Shown: piece after piece, positions 27,205 to 37,960 of the stretch | Layout of the letters: every line of letters begins with the position of its first letter | Numbering within the stretch: the stretch's first letter is position 1 | NCBI GenBank assembly: GCA_965204885.1 | Contig: OZ242019.1 | Span: forward strand, 1,127,327-1,191,326 | Length of the DNA: 64,000 bases | Direction of reading: 5' to 3' | Source: Dehalococcoidia bacterium | GTDB lineage: Bacteria; Chloroflexota; Dehalococcoidia; UBA6926 | The notes under the pieces: model-generated | Told to the model about the DNA's origin: nothing | Seen by the model: the letters and a program-made list of their open reading frames with translations, nothing else | The model's database searches: none | Position numbers and translations under genes: made by a program

Positions 27205-29469
27205 ATGACGACCGAGTACAAGGTGATCGGCAAATCCGTCCGGGCAGTCGATGGTCCGGACAAGGTCACGGGACGCATTCAGTACGCGCTGGATGTCGCG
27301 CCGCCGAACGCGCTCCGGCTCAAGTATCTGCGCTCACCCGTCCCACATGCCCGCGTCACCAATATCGACGCCTCTCGCGCCCTCGCGCTGCCCGGCGTCC
27401 ACGGGGTACTGACCGGTGACGATGTTCCCGATATCCGCGCTGGAAACCTCTATGTGGATGAGCCGATCCTGGCGTCGGCGGACCGCGTCCGATTCATCGG
27501 CGACAAGGTCGCCGCCGTCGTCGCGGACGACGCTGACATCGCGGATGCTGCTCTCGCTCTCATAGATGTCACATATGAAGAACTTCCGGCCCTGCTTGAC
27601 CCCGAAGAGGCCGCCAAACCCGATGCCATGCTGCTCCATCCGGAATACAACTCCTATCGGGGAGTGGAGCAGTTGGACGAGCTCAGCAATAACTACGGCC
27701 GCATGGTGCACGAATGGGGCGATATAGAGGCCGCGTTCCGTGAGGCGGACGTCATCATCGAGCGAGAGTTCCGCACCCCCCGCGTTCACCAGGCCTATCT
27801 TGAGCCGCATGCCTGCGTTATCGACGTGGACGAGCAGGGGCGCGCCCATATCTGGATGTCATGCCAGATGCCGACGGGACGGCGTCCCCACCTCGCTCGC
27901 GTGATGGGCCTCCCGCGAGAAGACGTAATCATCCACCCCGTTCCTCTTGGCGGATCGTTCGGCGGCAAGATGGACCCGACAGGCGTCGTTGTCGGCTATT
28001 TCCTCGCCAAGCAGACAGGACGACCCGTCAAGTGGGTTATGGACTACGCGGAGGAGTTCTCCGCCATGAATCCACGGCATCCGTCAGTGGTGCGGGTGCG
28101 GGTTGGCGCGCGGAATGACGGCATGATTATCGCATGGGATGCGGAGGGGTTCTTTGCGACGGGCGCCTATGCAGCCTACGCTCCCGTTCCCGCGTACGGC
28201 GGCTTGCTGCGGACCTCCATGGTGGAACCGTACCGGGTTGAAAACGTCCGCATCATCTCGAACCAGGTCTACACGAACACTGTTCCATGCGGCTACTTCC
28301 GCGGCCCCGGCCTCATGCAATCCGTTTTCGCCTCCGAGTCCGTCATCGATGAGCTTGCCGCCCGGCTGGATCTTGATCCGTTGGACCTGAGGCTGCGCAA
28401 CATCGTTCGCGCTTCAAGCGAGGCGCATCCGGACCGAGGATGGAGCCCTGTCACCCGACCAGGTCTGCCCGGCTACCAGGCGCTTCGAGCCGAGGAAATC
28501 CTTCGCGCCGCGGTTGAGGCGGCAGAGTACTCACGCCCAACGTCCCCAAACGTTGGGCGCGGCATCGCCCTGCATGGCCAGAGCGATACGGGATTCGATT
28601 CCCCAGCCGCCGTGACGCTTCATCCCGATGGCCGCGTTGTCGTCAACACCATGACCTACGACCCCGGCGTAGGCACGGGTACAATCCTTGCCCAGATCGT
28701 CGCCGAGGAACTCGGTCTGCCAATCGAACGCGTCACCGTTGAGGCATGGTCGACGGAGGCCGGCGTGCGCGACTGGGGCATCGGGGGTCAGCGGGGGGCG
28801 CGTGTCTCAAGCCGCGCCGCATTTGAGGCCAGCCAGGAGGCAAAGCGCAACCTCCGCCGATTGGCCGCGGAGTTCTACGGTTGGACGGAGGAATCGATCA
28901 AGTTCGAGGACGGCAAGGTCTCCGGCGAGGGTCGCGCCGCCGCGGTTCCGCTGGAGGAGATTGCCGCGCGGGCGGGGGAGCCGGTGGGTGGCCAGGTCAG
29001 CGTGGATGAGGGCGACAGCAGCCCCTATATCTCATTTGGCGCGCATATTGCGGAGGTGAGGGTCGACCCCGAGACGGGCAAGGTGACGCTGCTGCGCTAC
29101 ACCGCTGCGCATGAGACGGGGCGCGTTCTGAATCCCATGGGATTCGTGGGTCAGATCGAGGGCGGCTCCGTGCAGGGCATCGGTCACGCGCTGTCAGAAG
29201 AGCTGGTCGAGCAGGACGGCAGCATCACCAATCCCTCATTTGCCGACTACAAGCTGCAGACGCAGCAGGACGGCGCGCGCATGAATGTCGTGGTGCTGGA
29301 GTCTGAGACCGGCCACGGCCCCTACCAAGTGCGCGGTATCGGAGACACGCCCATCGTCCTGTCCTCGCCTGCCATCGCCAACGCCGTCGCCGCCGCATCC
29401 GGCGCGCGGATCCAGCAACTTCCCATCACGGCAGAAAAGGTGTACCGGGCGCTAAACGACGCCGAGTAG
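27205..29469 (+). CDS. xanthine dehydrogenase/aldehyde oxidase/CO-dehydrogenase family molybdopterin-binding subunit
   Basis: 754 aa; Ald_Xan_dh_C and C2-type architecture (VTGR..Y..D; GGSFGGK; EIGQ-like motifs). Confidence 0.85.
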   Translation: MTTEYKVIGKSVRAVDGPDKVTGRIQYALDVAPPNALRLKYLRSPVPHARVTNIDASRALALPGVHGVLTGDDVPDIRAGNLYVDEPILASADRVRFIGDKVAAVVADDADIADAALALIDVTYEELPALLDPEEAAKPDAMLLHPEYNSYRGVEQLDELSNNYGRMVHEWGDIEAAFREADVIIEREFRTPRVHQAYLEPHACVIDVDEQGRAHIWMSCQMPTGRRPHLARVMGLPREDVIIHPVPLGGSFGGKMDPTGVVVGYFLAKQTGRPVKWVMDYAEEFSAMNPRHPSVVRVRVGARNDGMIIAWDAEGFFATGAYAAYAPVPAYGGLLRTSMVEPYRVENVRIISNQVYTNTVPCGYFRGPGLMQSVFASESVIDELAARLDLDPLDLRLRNIVRASSEAHPDRGWSPVTRPGLPGYQALRAEEILRAAVEAAEYSRPTSPNVGRGIALHGQSDTGFDSPAAVTLHPDGRVVVNTMTYDPGVGTGTILAQIVAEELGLPIERVTVEAWSTEAGVRDWGIGGQRGARVSSRAAFEASQEAKRNLRRLAAEFYGWTEESIKFEDGKVSGEGRAAAVPLEEIAARAGEPVGGQVSVDEGDSSPYISFGAHIAEVRVDPETGKVTLLRYTAAHETGRVLNPMGFVGQIEGGSVQGIGHALSEELVEQDGSITNPSFADYKLQTQQDGARMNVVVLESETGHGPYQVRGIGDTPIVLSSPAIANAVAAASGARIQQLPITAEKVYRALNDAE

Positions 29470-29554
29470 GCGGGGGATACTCTCACCCAGCACGACCGGG
29501 GTTCTCGGCCCGGCCATCTTTGACATATGTATTTAGCCTGATTAGATTGCCGAA

Positions 29555-30745
29555 ATGGATGGGGCCCGGGGAATCAAGCCAATGGTTGATGGAAAAGCGC
29601 GTGGAATTTTACGTGTACTGCTCATCGCCATGTCCGTCTTTGTGATGGCCTTCATCGCCTGCGGGGAGCCGCTCCCCACTTTCACACCCGTCGCCACTCC
29701 CACTGAAACCCCCGGCCCATCGCCAACACCGTCCCCGACAGAAACAGCCACCCCATCCCCCACCCGCACCGCCGTACCGACAGCCACGCAAGTGCCACCT
29801 CCGCCCACACCGACGGGAACACCCGTACCCACACCGACGCTGGTTCCATTCAATGACAGGGCGGCGCTAGAAGCACTCTACCATGCGACCGACGGCGACA
29901 ATTGGGTCCGCAATGACAACTGGTTAACTGATGCTCCTCTTGGTGAATGGTACGGCGTGACGACCAATGAGGAGGGGCGGGCTACCCACTTGGTTCTCCA
30001 TGAGAACCTGCTTAGCGGAGAGATACCGGTGGAACTTGGCTTATTGGCAGAACTCAGAAGATTGTCGTTCAACGCGAATACGTTGGGTGGAGAGATACCG
30101 GCGGAACTCGGCAATCTGTCTAACCTTGAAATTTTAAATCTCAGCATCAACAAGTTGAGTGGAGGGATTTCACCGGAACTGGGTGATCTTACGTCCGTTA
30201 GGTGGTTGACACTTGCGAATAACGAACTAAGTGGAGGGATTCCAGCCGACTTTGGCAACCTATCCAGCCTTGAAGGATTGGATCTCGCTTACAACCTGTT
30301 GAGCGACGAGATTCCAGCCGAACTGGGTAAACTGTCCAACCTAGAATACTTGCGGCTAAGCTTCAATCAATTGAGCGGTAATATACCACCAGAAATGGGC
30401 AATTTGTCCAACCTTGAAAATGTCCAGATCAGGGGCAACCAATTGAGCGGCGCTATTCCTGCAGAACTTGGCAACCTGTCCAATCTTAAGTCTCTACATC
30501 TCCCACAAAATGATTTGAGTGGTGAGATACCGCCGGAACTGGGTAGGTTGCCCACCCTTGAAAGTTTACATCTCTATGATAACCGGCTCAGTGGCATGAT
30601 ACCGCCGGAACTGGGTGATTTGACGTTGAAAGGGATATCCCTCTGGGGCAATCGGCTAGTGGGATGTATTCCCGCTGACTTGCGAGGCGTCCCGTCCAAC
30701 GATTTTGAGGCGCTTCAGCTACCATTCTGTCAAGATGCCCAGTGA
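29555..30745 (+). CDS. leucine-rich-repeat lipoprotein with plant-type 24-residue LRRs
   Basis: Lipobox FIAC; Pro/Thr-rich linker; about 10 repeats of LxxLxxLxLxxNxLSGxIPxELGN; 72-bp periodicity visible in the DNA. Confidence 0.75.
   Translation: MDGARGIKPMVDGKARGILRVLLIAMSVFVMAFIACGEPLPTFTPVATPTETPGPSPTPSPTETATPSPTRTAVPTATQVPPPPTPTGTPVPTPTLVPFNDRAALEALYHATDGDNWVRNDNWLTDAPLGEWYGVTTNEEGRATHLVLHENLLSGEIPVELGLLAELRRLSFNANTLGGEIPAELGNLSNLEILNLSINKLSGGISPELGDLTSVRWLTLANNELSGGIPADFGNLSSLEGLDLAYNLLSDEIPAELGKLSNLEYLRLSFNQLSGNIPPEMGNLSNLENVQIRGNQLSGAIPAELGNLSNLKSLHLPQNDLSGEIPPELGRLPTLESLHLYDNRLSGMIPPELGDLTLKGISLWGNRLVGCIPADLRGVPSNDFEALQLPFCQDAQ
29990..30700 (+). repeat. 72-bp tandem coding repeats (LRR units) inside the LRR gene
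   Basis: Recurring ...ctgtccaaccttgaa...caattgagcgg...ataccgccggaactgggt... units. Confidence 0.6.
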
Positions 30746-30815
30746 CCACTGCGGTCAGCGGGCGACGCAAGGCAACTGGCACACAACCTAATCAACCACA
30801 AGGAGCAACTAACTC

Positions 30816-30956
30816 ATGAAAGCAGTCCAGATTAGTGAGCACGGCGGGCCGGAGGTGCTGGAATTCACGGACGTTGATGATCCGATCGCGGGGCCGGGCG
30901 CGGCCGTTGTTCAACTCGCTGCCTCCGGCGCGACGATTTCCACGTCACTGTTGTAG
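30816..30956 (+). pseudogene. 5' fragment (46 codons) of a quinone oxidoreductase gene: duplicated copy of the start of the qor gene at 31799
   Basis: About 125 bp (~30800-30925) are ~88% identical to 31786-31908, including RBS and ATG; the frame terminates after 46 codons. Confidence 0.5.
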
Positions 30957-31756
30957 TCGGAGAGCACGATTACGATTTGGGTTGTGATGCTGTCCACGTC
31001 GTCGTCCCCTTGCTCAGAGAGAACTTCAACCTTACGAACCAGGTAATCGTCGACGCCGATCCAATACGAGACTTTACCCTCCGTGTCGAAGAGACCCTGG
31101 CCTTCTACCAACTCCACCAGGTCCGGGCCCGACATCGTTACTCGTAGATGGTAGACTCTTTCACCTTCGAGAGACTCCACTCCCACCAACTCAAACTGCG
31201 CCGCGCTATCAACTGGGAAGTCGGTATTGAATGCCGGGGCCGCCAGGAAGTCGTGGAGAGAGTCAGTGGCGTCAATGTTGGCTTCCCATTCACCCGTCAA
31301 AGGGTTCTTGATATACGACTCAACTCCTATCGAAATGAACTCCAGTTCAACGGTGAAGCCCTGGGTCTTGACTGCCATCGTTGCCTGAGTTCGATCCGGG
31401 AGCTGGAAATCTCCCGATACATGGATCTCTGCGGTAAAGCCATTCTCACCCTCGAATGCGCCAGTTGTATTCATCTCTAAATGACCGGATTGGACAGTTT
31501 TCATCGCCGCGGTTGTCTCGCGAAGAATTTCAACGGCTGATGGTAACGAGGGAGTCGCAGTCGGGGCAGCGGAAGGCGTGTTTGTCGGAACGGGTGTTGA
31601 AACAGAAATGACGAATGGTGTTGGCGCGAATTGCGGTGTCTGCAAGAGTGGAGCAGTTGGTTCAGGTAAATCACCCTCGCAGGCCGTAATCGTGACTGCT
31701 AAGCCGGCCAGCAAAGCGAAGCTTGCCAGTAGTCGGATAATTCCTGATACCGTCAT
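30911..31756 (-). CDS. lipoprotein (hypothetical; Pro/Thr-rich linker)
   Basis: True start MTVSGIIRLLASFALLAGLAVTITAC (lipobox); the longer ORF-track N-terminus is antisense to qor; C-terminal domain unrecognised. Confidence 0.6.
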   Translation of the reverse strand: MTVSGIIRLLASFALLAGLAVTITACEGDLPEPTAPLLQTPQFAPTPFVISVSTPVPTNTPSAAPTATPSLPSAVEILRETTAAMKTVQSGHLEMNTTGAFEGENGFTAEIHVSGDFQLPDRTQATMAVKTQGFTVELEFISIGVESYIKNPLTGEWEANIDATDSLHDFLAAPAFNTDFPVDSAAQFELVGVESLEGERVYHLRVTMSGPDLVELVEGQGLFDTEGKVSYWIGVDDYLVRKVEVLSEQGDDDVDSITTQIVIVLSDYNSDVEIVAPEAAS

Positions 31757-31798
31757 ACTCCGTAGGATACAGATTGCCGGAAGGAATGGAGCACTGAA

Positions 31799-32767
31799 AT
31801 GAAAGCAGTCCAGATCAACGAGTATGGCGGGCCGGAGGTGCTGGAATTCACGGATGTTGATGATCCGGTCGCGGGGCCGGGCGAGGCCGTTGTTCAACTC
31901 GCCGCCTCCGGCATCAACTACATGGATGTGTATGGCCGCACCGGGCTTTACGGGCAGGGCCCGCTGCCGACGATCCTCGGCGGCGAGGGCGCGGGCACAG
32001 TTGTTGAGATTGGGTCGGACGTGGCGACGCCGTCGGTTGGTGATGTTGTCGCTTATACGGGCGCGTCGCGCTCGTACGCGGAGCGCGTTGTTGTTCCGGC
32101 GGATCGACTCATCGTACTGCCGCAGGGGATCACAGCGGAGCAGGGCGCGGCGGCGATGCTGCAAGGCATGACGGCGCACTATCTGTCCCATTCCACGTAT
32201 CCGCTTAGCCCGGACGATACGGCGCTGGTTCACGCAGGCGCGGGCGGCGTGGGGCTGCTGCTGATCCAGATGGCCAAGATGCGCGGCGCAACGGTCATCA
32301 CGACGGTTTCGACGGAGGAGAAGGCGGAGCTTGCGCGAGAGGCGGGGGCAGACCATGTGGTTCTCTACACGCGGGAGGATTTCCAGGAGGCCGTGATGCG
32401 CATCACGGACGGCGCGGGCTGCCAGGTGGCCTACGATTCCGTCGGCGCGACGACATACGAGGGCTCGATGGCCAGCCTTGCGATTCGTGGATGCCTGGTC
32501 ATGTACGGCCAATCCAGCGGCGTGGTGCCGCCGATCGCGCCGCTGGCGTTGAACGCAAAGTCGCTGTTCCTGACGAGGCCGTCGTTGTTCAACTACACGC
32601 TCACAAGAGATGAACTGGAGTGGCGGGCAGGCGACGTGCTGGGCTGGATCGCGGACGGGAAGCTGTCGCTGCGGATCACAGAGCGATTCCCTCTGCAGGA
32701 TGCCGCTGAAGCGCATCGGCGACTTGAATCCCGCCAAACCACCGGCAAGCTGCTGCTGATTCCATAG
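31799..32767 (+). CDS. qor: NADPH:quinone oxidoreductase (zinc-type alcohol dehydrogenase superfamily)
   Basis: MKAVQINEYGGPEVL...; Rossmann motif AGAGGVG; 322 aa. Confidence 0.85.
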   Translation: MKAVQINEYGGPEVLEFTDVDDPVAGPGEAVVQLAASGINYMDVYGRTGLYGQGPLPTILGGEGAGTVVEIGSDVATPSVGDVVAYTGASRSYAERVVVPADRLIVLPQGITAEQGAAAMLQGMTAHYLSHSTYPLSPDDTALVHAGAGGVGLLLIQMAKMRGATVITTVSTEEKAELAREAGADHVVLYTREDFQEAVMRITDGAGCQVAYDSVGATTYEGSMASLAIRGCLVMYGQSSGVVPPIAPLALNAKSLFLTRPSLFNYTLTRDELEWRAGDVLGWIADGKLSLRITERFPLQDAAEAHRRLESRQTTGKLLLIP

Positions 32768-32851
32768 ACGCTCTTGAAAGAATCCGCTCCCTTTTTGGGG
32801 AGGGGATGTGGATTCCCGTGTCAAGCACGGGAATGACGTGAAAGTGGCGGC

Positions 32852-33394
32852 ATGACGACAGAGGAACTCATCATCTCGGCGGCGCGCATAGCGGGGGCGT
32901 TGCTTGTCCTGCGATGGGCCTCTGCCGGCTCCATCGCCGCCATCCTGATCGACTTCTCGGACCTGTTCATGATGAACCTGCTCGATCTGGGCGGCGTTCG
33001 CAACTACCAGGCACTCGATAAATGGCTCGACCTTGTCTATATGGTGACGTTCCTGTGGGTGGCCCTGAGGTGGGAGGGCCCACCGCGCGCCATCGCGATT
33101 GGGCTGTTCGCCTTTCGCATCGTTGGGGTCCTTGTGTTTGAGGTTATCGGCGAGAGGTGGGTGCTGCTGTTCTTCCCCAATGTCTTCGAGTTCTGGTTTG
33201 TCTTCGTGGCGGGGGCGATGCTATTCGCACCGGGTTATGAGTTGACGTGGCGGCGTTCAGTCCTGTGGCTGATTCCACTCACGGCGCTCAAGGAGTTCCA
33301 GGAATACGCGCTGCACGGGGCGCGGTGGCTGGACAACTATGTGGCTGTGGATGTTGTCGTGGACGCGTGGAAGTGGGTGACGGGCGGAGAGTAG
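32852..33394 (+). CDS. hypothetical membrane protein
   Basis: Multiple hydrophobic helices; no known motif. Confidence 0.45.
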   Translation: MTTEELIISAARIAGALLVLRWASAGSIAAILIDFSDLFMMNLLDLGGVRNYQALDKWLDLVYMVTFLWVALRWEGPPRAIAIGLFAFRIVGVLVFEVIGERWVLLFFPNVFEFWFVFVAGAMLFAPGYELTWRRSVLWLIPLTALKEFQEYALHGARWLDNYVAVDVVVDAWKWVTGGE

Positions 33395-33467
33395 GCGCGC
33401 CGCTTGTGACTAGCCGCCGCCGCGCCTACACTGACTAGCAGGGGCTAAAAGGGAGCGCATTCGGTTC

Positions 33468-36400
33468 ATGTCCACATCAGTCATTCACGTCAAAGGGGCG
33501 CGTGAGCACAGCCTCAAGAACATTGACGTGACCATTCCACGAGACAAGCTCGTGGTCATCACCGGCGTCTCCGGCTCCGGCAAGAGTTCCCTCGCATTCG
33601 ACACCCTCTACGCCGAGGGGCAGAGGCGTTATGTCGAGTCACTTTCCGCTTACGCGCGGCAGTTCCTCGGCCTCATGGAGAAGCCGGATGTCGACTATAT
33701 CGAGGGGCTTTCACCAGCTATCTCCATCGACCAAAAGGGCGTGTCCCACAACCCTCGCTCCACTGTCGGCACCGTCACGGAGATCTATGACTACCTCCGC
33801 CTGTTGTACGCCCGTATCGGCCATCCGTCCTGCTACAACTGCGGACGCCCCATCGAGAGCCAGACAGTGCAGCAGATCGTGGATGCCATCATGGACTCTG
33901 ATCCGGGCAAGCGCATCATGCTGCTGGCGCCTCTCGTCCGCCGCAAGAAGGGTGAGCATTATGGCCTGCTGGATGAGGCGCGACGCGGTGGATTCGTTCG
34001 AGCGCGAATCAACGGCGAAATCCGTGACTTATCAGAGGAGATACGCCTCAACAAGCAGCAGTGGCACACGATCGAGGTTGTCGTTGACAGGCTGGTGATC
34101 CCTGAGGATCGCGGTGAGATTCGCAGCCGCGTGACGGATTCTGTCGAGACGTCGCTGCGGCTTGGTCAGGGCGTCGTGCAGACCCTGGACGCGGATTCGG
34201 GAGACGAGGAGCTCTACAGCGAACAATTTGCCTGTGTGCATTGCGGTATTTCACTGGGTGAGATAGCGCCTCGCACGTTCTCCTTCAATAGCCCCCATGG
34301 CGCGTGCCCGGAGTGCACCGGCATCGGTTACAAGCTTGTGATTGATCCCGAGCTTGTGATTCCGAATAAGGACCTCGCGCTGTCCGAGGGAGCCGTCTTG
34401 CCATGGGCGCGGTCCGGCACGATGGCCGGCTGGTACACATCCATGCTTGCGTCGGCAACATCGATGGTAGGCGCAGATATGAATGCGCCGGTTCGTGAGC
34501 TATCTCCGGAGCAGCTTGATTTCGTACTGTATGGCCCGGATTCCGGAACGACCATGGAGAGGATCCAGGTGCGGCATCGAACCCGCAGCGGCCGCGTTGT
34601 CCGCTATGGCGCGCGGTTTGAGGGTGTGATTCCCAACCTGACACGCAGACACCGCGAGACGGAATCAGACAACCAGCGGCAGGAAATCGAGCGGTTCATG
34701 GCCCGCCGCCCCTGCGCCGCGTGCGGGGGAAAGCGGCTGCGGCCTGAGGCGCTTGCCGTCCGTGTTGACAATAAGACAATCGTGGAGGCGACGGAGCAGA
34801 GCATCGACCGTGCGCTGGAGTGGGTGCAGCGACTTGCGGACACGGAAAAGGGTCCGCTCAACAGCCGCGAGTCGACCATCGCGCGGCAGATTCTGAAAGA
34901 AATCTCGGCACGGCTTGAGTTCCTGGTGAACGTGGGGCTGGAATATCTGACCCTGGACAGGACTGCCGGAACCCTCTCTGGCGGCGAGGGGCAGCGCATC
35001 CGCCTTGCCACGCAGATCGGCAGCGGTCTGATGGGCGTCGTGTATATCTGCGATGAGCCGTCAATCGGCCTTCACCCCGTCGACAATGCGCGGCTCATCG
35101 AGACCCTGAAGGGTCTGCGCGATCTGGGCAATACTGTCATCGTCGTTGAGCATGACGAGGCCGTTATGCGTGCATCCGATCATGTCATTGACATGGGGCC
35201 GGGCGCAGGGGAGCACGGGGGCGAGGTTGTCGTAACCGGCACGCTGGATGACGTGGCCGCAGCAGAAAAATCGATAACGGGCGCCTATCTCAGCGGCCGC
35301 CGCGAGATTCCCATGAGAGAGACACGGCGTGAGCCGCAGGATGGGCGTGAACTGCTGATCCGCGGCGCGCGGGCCAACAATCTCCGCAATCTTGATATTC
35401 GTATCCCGCTTGGCCTGCTCACGTGTGTGACGGGCGTGTCCGGCTCCGGCAAATCGACGCTTGTGTATGAGGTGTTGTTCAAGCGCCTTGCACAGACGTT
35501 GTACAACGCGAAAGATATCCCCGGCGCATCCGACGGCGTGGATGGGCTTGATCTCATCGATAAGGTTGTCAACATCGACCAGTCGCCCATTGGGCGCACG
35601 CCGCGCTCCAACCCCGCCACATACACGGGAGCCTTTACGCCGATCCGCGAACTCTTCGCGAACTTGCCGGAATCCCGCGTGCGCGGATACAAGCCCGGCC
35701 GTTTCTCATTTAACGTGAAGGGCGGACGCTGCGAGGAGTGCAAGGGCGAGGGCTATCAGCTTATTGAGATGCAGTTCCTGCCGGATGTGACCGTTCCGTG
35801 TGATACGTGCAAGGGCGCGCGCTACAACCGCGAGGCGCTGGAGATCACCTACAAGGGCTACAGCATCGGTGACGTTCTCAACATGACTCTTGATCAGGCT
35901 GTCGAGGTCTTTGAGCCCATCCCGCGCATCGCCAACAAGTTCAAAACGATGCAGGATGTCGGGTTGGGCTATATGCGTCTTGGTCAGCCCGCGACGACGC
36001 TCTCCGGCGGTGAAGCGCAGCGCGTCAAGCTGTCTGCCGAGCTCTCCAAGAGGGCAACCGGCAAGACACTCTATATCCTCGATGAGCCGACGACAGGGCT
36101 CGCATTCTCCGATGCCGAGATGCTGCTTGCGGTGCTGCATCGACTCGTCGACGGCGGCAATTCCGTACTTCTTATCGAGCATCACCTGGATATGATTAAG
36201 AACGCCGATTGGATCATCGACCTTGGCCCTGGGCCAGGCGACCGTGGCGGGGAACTGGTTGCCGAGGGCACTCCGGAGGAGATTGCGTTGGCCGGTGACA
36301 GCTATACCGGCGACTTTCTACGGGAGGCGCTTGGCATTACCGAGGCGGTGCGGAACGGCAACGGACGCAAACCCGCCCGCGCGCCGCGCCGCAACGGCAA

Positions 36401-36488
36401 GTCCAAAGATCCAGGTAAACCCGCCAGCAAGAGGGGCTCTCGTTCCCCACGCCGACAACGCGCAGGCGCGGCGGCGGATACAACGTAG
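33468..36488 (+). CDS. uvrA: excinuclease ABC subunit A
   Basis: 1006 aa; two ABC ATPase modules, zinc-finger CxxC pairs, N-terminal [41 protein letters not shown]. Confidence 0.95.
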   Translation: MSTSVIHVKGAREHSLKNIDVTIPRDKLVVITGVSGSGKSSLAFDTLYAEGQRRYVESLSAYARQFLGLMEKPDVDYIEGLSPAISIDQKGVSHNPRSTVGTVTEIYDYLRLLYARIGHPSCYNCGRPIESQTVQQIVDAIMDSDPGKRIMLLAPLVRRKKGEHYGLLDEARRGGFVRARINGEIRDLSEEIRLNKQQWHTIEVVVDRLVIPEDRGEIRSRVTDSVETSLRLGQGVVQTLDADSGDEELYSEQFACVHCGISLGEIAPRTFSFNSPHGACPECTGIGYKLVIDPELVIPNKDLALSEGAVLPWARSGTMAGWYTSMLASATSMVGADMNAPVRELSPEQLDFVLYGPDSGTTMERIQVRHRTRSGRVVRYGARFEGVIPNLTRRHRETESDNQRQEIERFMARRPCAACGGKRLRPEALAVRVDNKTIVEATEQSIDRALEWVQRLADTEKGPLNSRESTIARQILKEISARLEFLVNVGLEYLTLDRTAGTLSGGEGQRIRLATQIGSGLMGVVYICDEPSIGLHPVDNARLIETLKGLRDLGNTVIVVEHDEAVMRASDHVIDMGPGAGEHGGEVVVTGTLDDVAAAEKSITGAYLSGRREIPMRETRREPQDGRELLIRGARANNLRNLDIRIPLGLLTCVTGVSGSGKSTLVYEVLFKRLAQTLYNAKDIPGASDGVDGLDLIDKVVNIDQSPIGRTPRSNPATYTGAFTPIRELFANLPESRVRGYKPGRFSFNVKGGRCEECKGEGYQLIEMQFLPDVTVPCDTCKGARYNREALEITYKGYSIGDVLNMTLDQAVEVFEPIPRIANKFKTMQDVGLGYMRLGQPATTLSGGEAQRVKLSAELSKRATGKTLYILDEPTTGLAFSDAEMLLAVLHRLVDGGNSVLLIEHHLDMIKNADWIIDLGPGPGDRGGELVAEGTPEEIALAGDSYTGDFLREALGITEAVRNGNGRKPARAPRRNGKSKDPGKPASKRGSRSPRRQRAGAAADTT

Positions 36489-36494
36489 CTGTCC

Positions 36495-37196
36495 ATGCCT
36501 GAAGCCGCCGGGCCTGAAGTCGCAACCGGAGCGTCACTCCTCGACGAACTAATACTGACGTATATGCCGGAGAACCTGCCGTGGTGGATCGCATGGCCGT
36601 CCGCCGCACTTGGTCTCGCGCTTTGCTTGCTCGGGTACTATGCCTATCGACTGGTGATTGCGCTGGCTGCGGGCGTGTCCGGCGGCGCGGTAGTCGTTAT
36701 TGCCGGCCCTGAGCTGCTTGCGCTGGAGGGAACGGCGCTGCTGACGACGGCGGGCGGCGCGGGAATCATCCTGCTTGTGCTTGGATCAGTCTTCTACCGA
36801 GCGTCCGTTTTCGTGGTCGGCGCGGGGATAGGCTTCGGAATCGGCGCCGTGTTTTGGTTCCTGGTATCTGGCGACGTGGAGCCGGGCGGCGCGGGACTGA
36901 CGCTCAGCGGATGGAACCGATTCCAGATATTTGTCGGTTCGCTCGTGCCCGGGATTGTCATCGGCATCATCTTCCTGAGCTGGGAGCGTCGGCTGATGAC
37001 GCTGACCGCCGTGATCATTGGAGCGGCCCTCATGCTGTTTGGACTGCGGTACAGTGGGCTGCCGCTGGGCGTCCGTGAATGGACGCCCTTGCTCGCAGGC
37101 GCGGCTATTGCCGCCGGCCTCTGGCTCGGTCTAAGGAGTGGGAGTGACGAGCCGGACGAGCCGGATGAGGCTGATTACTCCTATACGTATCACTAA
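36495..37196 (+). CDS. hypothetical membrane protein
   Basis: About six predicted TM helices, Gly/Ala-rich; 7 nt after the uvrA stop. Confidence 0.45.
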   Translation: MPEAAGPEVATGASLLDELILTYMPENLPWWIAWPSAALGLALCLLGYYAYRLVIALAAGVSGGAVVVIAGPELLALEGTALLTTAGGAGIILLVLGSVFYRASVFVVGAGIGFGIGAVFWFLVSGDVEPGGAGLTLSGWNRFQIFVGSLVPGIVIGIIFLSWERRLMTLTAVIIGAALMLFGLRYSGLPLGVREWTPLLAGAAIAAGLWLGLRSGSDEPDEPDEADYSYTYH

Positions 37197-37204
37197 CCAC
37201 CACA

Positions 37205-37846
37205 ATGCCCCCACGCATCCTGTTGGGATCGACGAACCCCGCCAAGATTGAGCGCCTCCGCGACTGCCTTGAAGGCCGGTCGTTTGATTTCATAACCGTC
37301 AATGAACTGCCGCCGCATGAGCCGCCGGAGGAGATAGGCGGCACGCACATTGAGATTGCCGAGGCAAAGGCCGTCGCTTGGGCGCAGATCAGCGGTGGAC
37401 TGGCAATCGCTTCCGACGGCGGCATCGATATTCCCGCGCTGGGCCCGAATTGGGACAGCCTGCTGACGCGACGTGCAGCGGGGCTTGAAGCGACAGACGA
37501 GGGACACATCGAGCATCTGCTAGCCCTGATGGCGCACCTAGAGACTGATGGGGAACGGGCGGTCACCAGACATGAAGCGATAGCGATCGCCGCCCCAGGC
37601 AGGCTTATTAGCTCATGGGAAACGGAGGGGCTGAAGGCCGTCCTACGCCGAGAACCTGTGGAGGCACGCATTGAAGGCTTCTGGCTCGCCCCACTTCTAC
37701 AGATTCCCCAATATGACAAGCCGTACACAGACCTAACCCCTGACGAACTGCGAGAAATCGGCGCGCCTTGGGCAACCCTCGCCGAGGACATTCAAACTTG
37801 GCTTACAGACGGGGGTTATGAGACGTTGCGCGATCTGTCATTCTGA
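37205..37846 (+). CDS. non-canonical purine NTP pyrophosphatase-like (Ham1/RdgB family) protein
   Basis: ILLGSTNPAKIERL...EEIGGTHIEIAEAKA...ASDGGIDIPALG match the Ham1 family pattern. Confidence 0.55.
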   Translation: MPPRILLGSTNPAKIERLRDCLEGRSFDFITVNELPPHEPPEEIGGTHIEIAEAKAVAWAQISGGLAIASDGGIDIPALGPNWDSLLTRRAAGLEATDEGHIEHLLALMAHLETDGERAVTRHEAIAIAAPGRLISSWETEGLKAVLRREPVEARIEGFWLAPLLQIPQYDKPYTDLTPDELREIGAPWATLAEDIQTWLTDGGYETLRDLSF

Positions 37847-37943
37847 GCGCAGCGAAGAATCTAAAGGCTCTATTTTCAAAGACAAGTTGGGCGGGTAATC
37901 AACTCTTTAGATTCTTCACTCCGCTATCGCTCCGTTCAGAATG
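37839..37943. repeat. long imperfect inverted repeat (MITE/REP-like; possible bidirectional terminator) related to the dispersed repeat family
   Basis: Arms gtcattctgagcgcagcgaagaatctaaag / ctttagattcttcactccgctatcgctccgttcagaatgac around a ~38-nt spacer, between convergent genes. Confidence 0.55.
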
Positions 37944-37960
37944 ACAATTGCGGACTCCGC

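Noticed and set aside
31757-32824. N-terminal 355 aa of ORF 30911-32824 (-)
   Set aside because: Antisense to the qor gene; the true lipoprotein start is the Met at 31756 preceding a lipobox.
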